Source of the DNA: Alphaproteobacteria bacterium
GTDB lineage: Bacteria > Pseudomonadota > Alphaproteobacteria > GCA-2731375
Direction: 5' to 3'
NCBI GenBank assembly: GCA_965232515.1
Contig: CBDDPY010000002.1
Location: 1,056,001-1,120,000, forward strand
Length of the DNA: 64,000 nt
Each line of letters starts with the position of its first letter. Positions within the stretch are counted from its first letter, which is position 1. Both the position numbers and the translations under genes were made by a program. Shown in pieces: positions 60,120 to 64,000 of the stretch. The notes beneath the pieces were generated by a model, which saw nothing but the letters and a program-made list of their open reading frames with translations, was not told the origin of the DNA and did not search any database.

Positions 60120-61622
60120 ATGGCCCGCATCGCGCATGCCGGAATTCTGCACGAGACCAACACCTTTGCGCCGATCAAGGCGAGCTGGGACGACTTCGTG
60201 CGAGCCGAGAGTTTTCCCGGCCTGACGCAGGGCGCGGACATGCTGGACGTGTTCCCGCCGATCAACATCGGCACCGGCGGCTTCATCCAGGAAGCGATGG
60301 CGCTGGGCCATACGCTGCTGCCGATCGCCTGGTGCGCGGCGGTGCCGTCGGCCCATGTGACCGAGGAGGCGTTCGAAAACTTCTCGAGGCTCCTGCTCGA
60401 CGGCCTCGCGCAACAGGAACCGTTCGACGCCGTCTACCTCGATTTGCACGGCGCCATGGTCACCGAGCACCTGGAGGACGGCGAGGGCGAAGTGATCCGC
60501 CGCACCCGCGAAGCGGTCGGCCCCGATATCCCCATCGTCGTCAGCCTCGACCTGCATTCGAACACCACCGATCTGATGCTGTCCGAATGCGACGGTCTGA
60601 TTGCCTATCGCACCTATCCGCATCTCGATATGGCCGATACGGGCCGCCGGTCGGCGCGCTATCTCGACCGGCTGCTGCAGGAAGATCGGCGACCGGCGAA
60701 GGCACGTCGGGCCTTGCCGTTTCTGATGCCGTTGACCGGCCAGTGCACGATGGTCGAGCCGACCAAGGGCGTCTATGAAGCGCTAGCCGAAATCGAACGC
60801 GGTGAGGGCGTCGACTCCGTGTCGTTTACACCTGGGTTTCCGCCCGCCGACATCCATGACTGCGGCCCGGTCGTGGTCGCCTATGGCGAGGACCAGGCGG
60901 CGGCCGACGCGGCGGCGGACGCGCTCTACGACTACATCATGGCGCGCGAGGCCGAGTTCATGGTGGACATGCTCGATCCGCATGCCGCCGTCGGCAAGGC
61001 CATGGCGTCCAACGCGCACAAGCCCTTCGTGCTGGCCGACGTGCAGGATAACTGCGGCGCCGGCGCCACGTCGGACACCACCGGCCTGCTGCGCGCGTTG
61101 ATCGAGCGTAATGCCGACCGCGCCGTGGTCGGCGTTCTGGTCGACCCCGAAACGGCGGCCGCGGCGCACGCGGCCGGGCAGGGCGCCGAGATCGACGTGC
61201 GGATCGGTGGCAAGCTGTTCACCGAAGGCGATCCGCCCTACGAAGACCGTTTTACCGTAACCGGCCTGTCGGACGGGCGGTTCCTCTGTACCGGACCGTT
61301 CTACGGTGGCAACAACGCCAATCTCGGTCCGACCGCGCTGCTCACCAAGGGCGGCGTCTCGGTCATCGTCTCGACCAACCGGATGCAGGCTGCCGACAAG
61401 GAGATGTTCCGGCATATCGGCTGCGAGCCGTCGGAGCAGAAGATCCTGGGCCTGAAGAGCTCGGTGCATTTCCGCGGCGACTTTACCGACATCGCGCAGG
61501 AGATCCTGGTCGTCGAGGCGCCCGGCGCCTTCATCGACCGGCCGGAAAAGCTGCCCTACGAGAACCTTCGGACGGGCGTCCGCCTGTGCCCGAAGGGACC
61601 GGAATTCGATGGACCGAACTGA
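60120..61622 (+). CDS. M81 family metallopeptidase (MlrC-like)
   Basis: HETNTF, LDLHGAM, D.EG, LDLH.N, YRTYPH.D, D..DN.GAG, KSSVHFR. Confidence 0.92.
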   Translation: MARIAHAGILHETNTFAPIKASWDDFVRAESFPGLTQGADMLDVFPPINIGTGGFIQEAMALGHTLLPIAWCAAVPSAHVTEEAFENFSRLLLDGLAQQEPFDAVYLDLHGAMVTEHLEDGEGEVIRRTREAVGPDIPIVVSLDLHSNTTDLMLSECDGLIAYRTYPHLDMADTGRRSARYLDRLLQEDRRPAKARRALPFLMPLTGQCTMVEPTKGVYEALAEIERGEGVDSVSFTPGFPPADIHDCGPVVVAYGEDQAAADAAADALYDYIMAREAEFMVDMLDPHAAVGKAMASNAHKPFVLADVQDNCGAGATSDTTGLLRALIERNADRAVVGVLVDPETAAAAHAAGQGAEIDVRIGGKLFTEGDPPYEDRFTVTGLSDGRFLCTGPFYGGNNANLGPTALLTKGGVSVIVSTNRMQAADKEMFRHIGCEPSEQKILGLKSSVHFRGDFTDIAQEILVVEAPGAFIDRPEKLPYENLRTGVRLCPKGPEFDGPN

Positions 61623-61634
61623 CGGTCGGCCCGC

Positions 61635-62831
61635 ATGACGGAGGGATCGGCGCGACTGGTCTTCGGCTTCGCCTGCGCCGGCCACGCGCTGTTCCACATC
61701 CTGGTGGCATTGTTCATCACGCTGGTGCTGGTCATCGAGCCGATCTGGCAACGGCCCTATGACGAATTGATCGGCCTTTGGACCTGGGGCGCGCTGCTGC
61801 TCGGGCTCGGTGCGCCGCTGGCAGGCTGGCTCAGCGACCGCCTCGGCGAAACCCGCGTGATGATTGCTTTCTTCCTTGGCATCGGCGCGGCGACCGTTCT
61901 CTGCGGCTACGCCGATGGACCGGGCATGCTCGAGGCGGCATTGGCGCTGATGGGCCTGTTCGGCGCGATCTACCACCCCGTCGGCACCGCCTGGGTCGTT
62001 AAGAACGTGCGCCGGCGCGGACACTCGATCGCCGTGCTGGGGATTTGCGGCAGCATCGGCGCAGCCATCGCATCCCTGGTCGCCGGCGCACTTGCCGACG
62101 TGGCCGACTGGCGCGTTGCCTTTGTGGTGCCTGGCGCCGTCACGATGCTGGTCGGGCTGGCGCTGGTTTTCAGCTACGCCACCGGACGCGTGGTCGATCG
62201 TCACGACGACCTGGCGCCCAGCCCCGATCCCGACAAGCGCGATGTGCGCCGCGCCTTTGTCGTGCTCGTCATCACCGTGTCGCTGACAACGCTGGCCTAC
62301 TACGCCTTCACGACGATGTTGCCGAAATGGATCGAACGCGAGATCGGCGCCGTGCTTGGCGAGGGCCTGATCGGCATCGGCGCGCTGGTGACGGCAATCT
62401 ATCTGCTGGGCGCGTCCGCCCAGTTCGTCGGCGGGCACTATTCCGATCGCGGCTTGGCGAAAGAAATCTACATTGCCAGTTTCGGCATGAAGCTGGCGGC
62501 GCTGGTGCTGGCCGCCCTGGTCGGCGGCTGGCCGGTCGTCATCGCGGCCGTCATTGTGGTGTTCGTCTTTGACGTGGCGGCGCCGGTCGAGAACGTGCTG
62601 ATCGCGCGGTACACCCCGGCGCAACGTCGCGGGCTCGCCTACGGCATCCGCAATGGCCTGGCAATCGTCGCCGCGCCGCTCGGCGTACAGCTCGTCGCTC
62701 TGCTGTTCGACGAGGCCGCCGGCTTCCGATCACTGCTTCTCGTTCTGGCGGCGGTGGCGTTTGTCATTCTGCTCACAGCGCTGCTGTTGCCGAAGGAGCG
62801 CGCGACCGCGACCGTCGGCGTCGCCCGCTGA
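61635..62831 (+). CDS. MFS transporter
   Basis: About 12 TM segments, GWLSDRLG, AIYHPVG. Confidence 0.88.
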   Translation: MTEGSARLVFGFACAGHALFHILVALFITLVLVIEPIWQRPYDELIGLWTWGALLLGLGAPLAGWLSDRLGETRVMIAFFLGIGAATVLCGYADGPGMLEAALALMGLFGAIYHPVGTAWVVKNVRRRGHSIAVLGICGSIGAAIASLVAGALADVADWRVAFVVPGAVTMLVGLALVFSYATGRVVDRHDDLAPSPDPDKRDVRRAFVVLVITVSLTTLAYYAFTTMLPKWIEREIGAVLGEGLIGIGALVTAIYLLGASAQFVGGHYSDRGLAKEIYIASFGMKLAALVLAALVGGWPVVIAAVIVVFVFDVAAPVENVLIARYTPAQRRGLAYGIRNGLAIVAAPLGVQLVALLFDEAAGFRSLLLVLAAVAFVILLTALLLPKERATATVGVAR

Positions 62832-62863
62832 CCCGCGCTCAGATCAGCAAATCGGCAACTTGG

Positions 62864-63721
62864 CTAGCGAGGTTCGTTTCGCGACTGCTTGTCACGCCCG
62901 TCTCGTTTCTTGCCGCGCATAATCAGGTAGAGCGCCGAAACGAGGAGGAGCGGCGCCGCGGCCCAATGGAACCAGATCGATCCGAGGCCGCTGAACACGT
63001 TGATGGCAAACAGGAAGGCGATGATCGCAAAAGCAGCCGCGACGGGCCTCGGCAGGCCCGCGAACCAATTCCCGAACGCGGACAGGTAGTTGTTCAGATC
63101 CGCACCGCCGCTGCCGGTCGATGCCATCTTCCGGGTTTCGACCCTGTCGGTGCTGAAGGGATGCGCGGGATCGCCGCTCAGCACGACCCGGTAGCTTGTC
63201 ACCGGCTCGGAGACGTTCTTCACCGTCTGCTGGCCAAGACTGTCGAAGCCAATCGACAACCGCTTGTGAACCTGGTCGTAGACTGGGCCGGAGATCAGGA
63301 TGCCGCCGGGCTCGGCCAACTCCTGAAGCCGCGCGGCGATGTTGACGCCGTCGCCGTAGATGCTGTCCGCCTCGACCATGACGTCGCCCAGATTGATGCC
63401 GATGCGGAACCACATTCTCTGGTCTTCCGGCAGGTCGTGGTTACGGTTCGACAGCTCGGTCTGGATCTCGATCGCGCATTGCACCGCTTCGATCACGCTG
63501 CCGAACTCGGCGATAACAGCATCACCCCAGGTGTTGACGATGCGACCGTCATGCCGGGCCATCAGGCCGTTCATGGCTTCACGGTAGGTTCTGAGCGTTT
63601 CCAGCGTGCGGGCCTCGTCGGCCTCCATCAGCCGCGAATAACTCTTCGCGTCCGCGCACAGGACCGTCGTCAAACGCCGTTTGACGCGCTCGGTCTTCTC
63701 TGCTCCTGCTTCGGTCGCCAT
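62864..63721 (-). CDS. Class III adenylate/guanylate cyclase with C-terminal 2TM domain
   Basis: RRLTTVLCAD..SYS, GDAV, RIGINLGDV, IYGDGVNIAARL; C-terminal FLFAIN......WFHW. Confidence 0.9.
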   Translation of the reverse strand: MATEAGAEKTERVKRRLTTVLCADAKSYSRLMEADEARTLETLRTYREAMNGLMARHDGRIVNTWGDAVIAEFGSVIEAVQCAIEIQTELSNRNHDLPEDQRMWFRIGINLGDVMVEADSIYGDGVNIAARLQELAEPGGILISGPVYDQVHKRLSIGFDSLGQQTVKNVSEPVTSYRVVLSGDPAHPFSTDRVETRKMASTGSGGADLNNYLSAFGNWFAGLPRPVAAAFAIIAFLFAINVFSGLGSIWFHWAAAPLLLVSALYLIMRGKKRDGRDKQSRNEPR

Positions 63722-63804
63722 GCTCTCAGCCTCGCCGGCAATCCGGCCACGTCATGGACCCGCTCAATCTAACACAGTCCGGCCGGACTCCGTTATACGC
63801 AGGG

Positions 63805-64000
63805 CTACCCCTCGAGTTCGCACCAGACCGGGGTGTGGTCCGACGGCTTCTCCTTGCCACGCGGTCCACGGTCGATATCGCACGCCGTCAGCCGATCGGC
63901 CGCCTGCGGGCTCAACAGCAGGTGGTCGATGCGGATGCCATGGTCCTTCTGCCAGGCGCCGCCCTGATAGTCCCAGAAGCTGTAGTTCACCGTCTCCGGA
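63805..64000 (-). CDS. xth: Exodeoxyribonuclease III, 3' end (partial)
   Basis: YSFWDYQ.GAW.KDHGIRIDHLLLS...PSDH.PV. Confidence 0.92.
   Translation of the reverse strand, partial: PETVNYSFWDYQGGAWQKDHGIRIDHLLLSPQAADRLTACDIDRGPRGKEKPSDHTPVWCELEG

Noticed and set aside
60120-61622. Microcystin degradation (mlr) cluster
   Set aside because: MlrC-like M81 peptidases are widespread; no mlrA or mlrD neighbours.

Overview
High-GC alphaproteobacterial chromosome segment (Rhodospirillales-like; the pcm-rhodanese-tolC-popZ-valS block is diagnostic). From left to right: (1) a singlet-oxygen/light-stress operon (photolyase, UfaD/UfaO/UfaM-like furan-fatty-acid genes, GPH transporter) behind an RpoE/ECF11-type promoter; (2) P450 coupled to an MTHFR-like gene, DHA2 MFS, DUF393, Kef-type antiporter, small hypothetical genes, alpha-hydroxy-acid oxidase and tRNA-Asn; (3) a catabolic island with hydantoinase, D-carbamoylase, PanE-like reductase, GntR, TRAP transporter, DHDPS-family enzyme and a three-subunit-fused D-amino-acid dehydrogenase, plus a divergent amino-acid ABC transporter; (4) a PEP-CTERM-related region at 35.4-49.6 kb; (5) tRNA-Cys, the core pcm-tolC-popZ-valS block, ilvD, MlrC-like peptidase, MFS, adenylate cyclase and the 3' end of xth. 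The most striking feature is in region 4. A secreted, PEP-CTERM-anchored protein is about 60% aspartate (about 395 Asp in two blocks, punctuated by Gly-Ala, apparently inserted into loops of a small beta domain). It is driven by a consensus sigma54 promoter with two matching enhancer-like boxes and sits divergent from a stand-alone prsT. It is followed by a gene fusing a catalytically dead IS5-transposase N-terminus to AMMECR1 and alpha/alpha-toroid domains. All calls come from motif recognition by eye; no database searches were run and counts are by hand.
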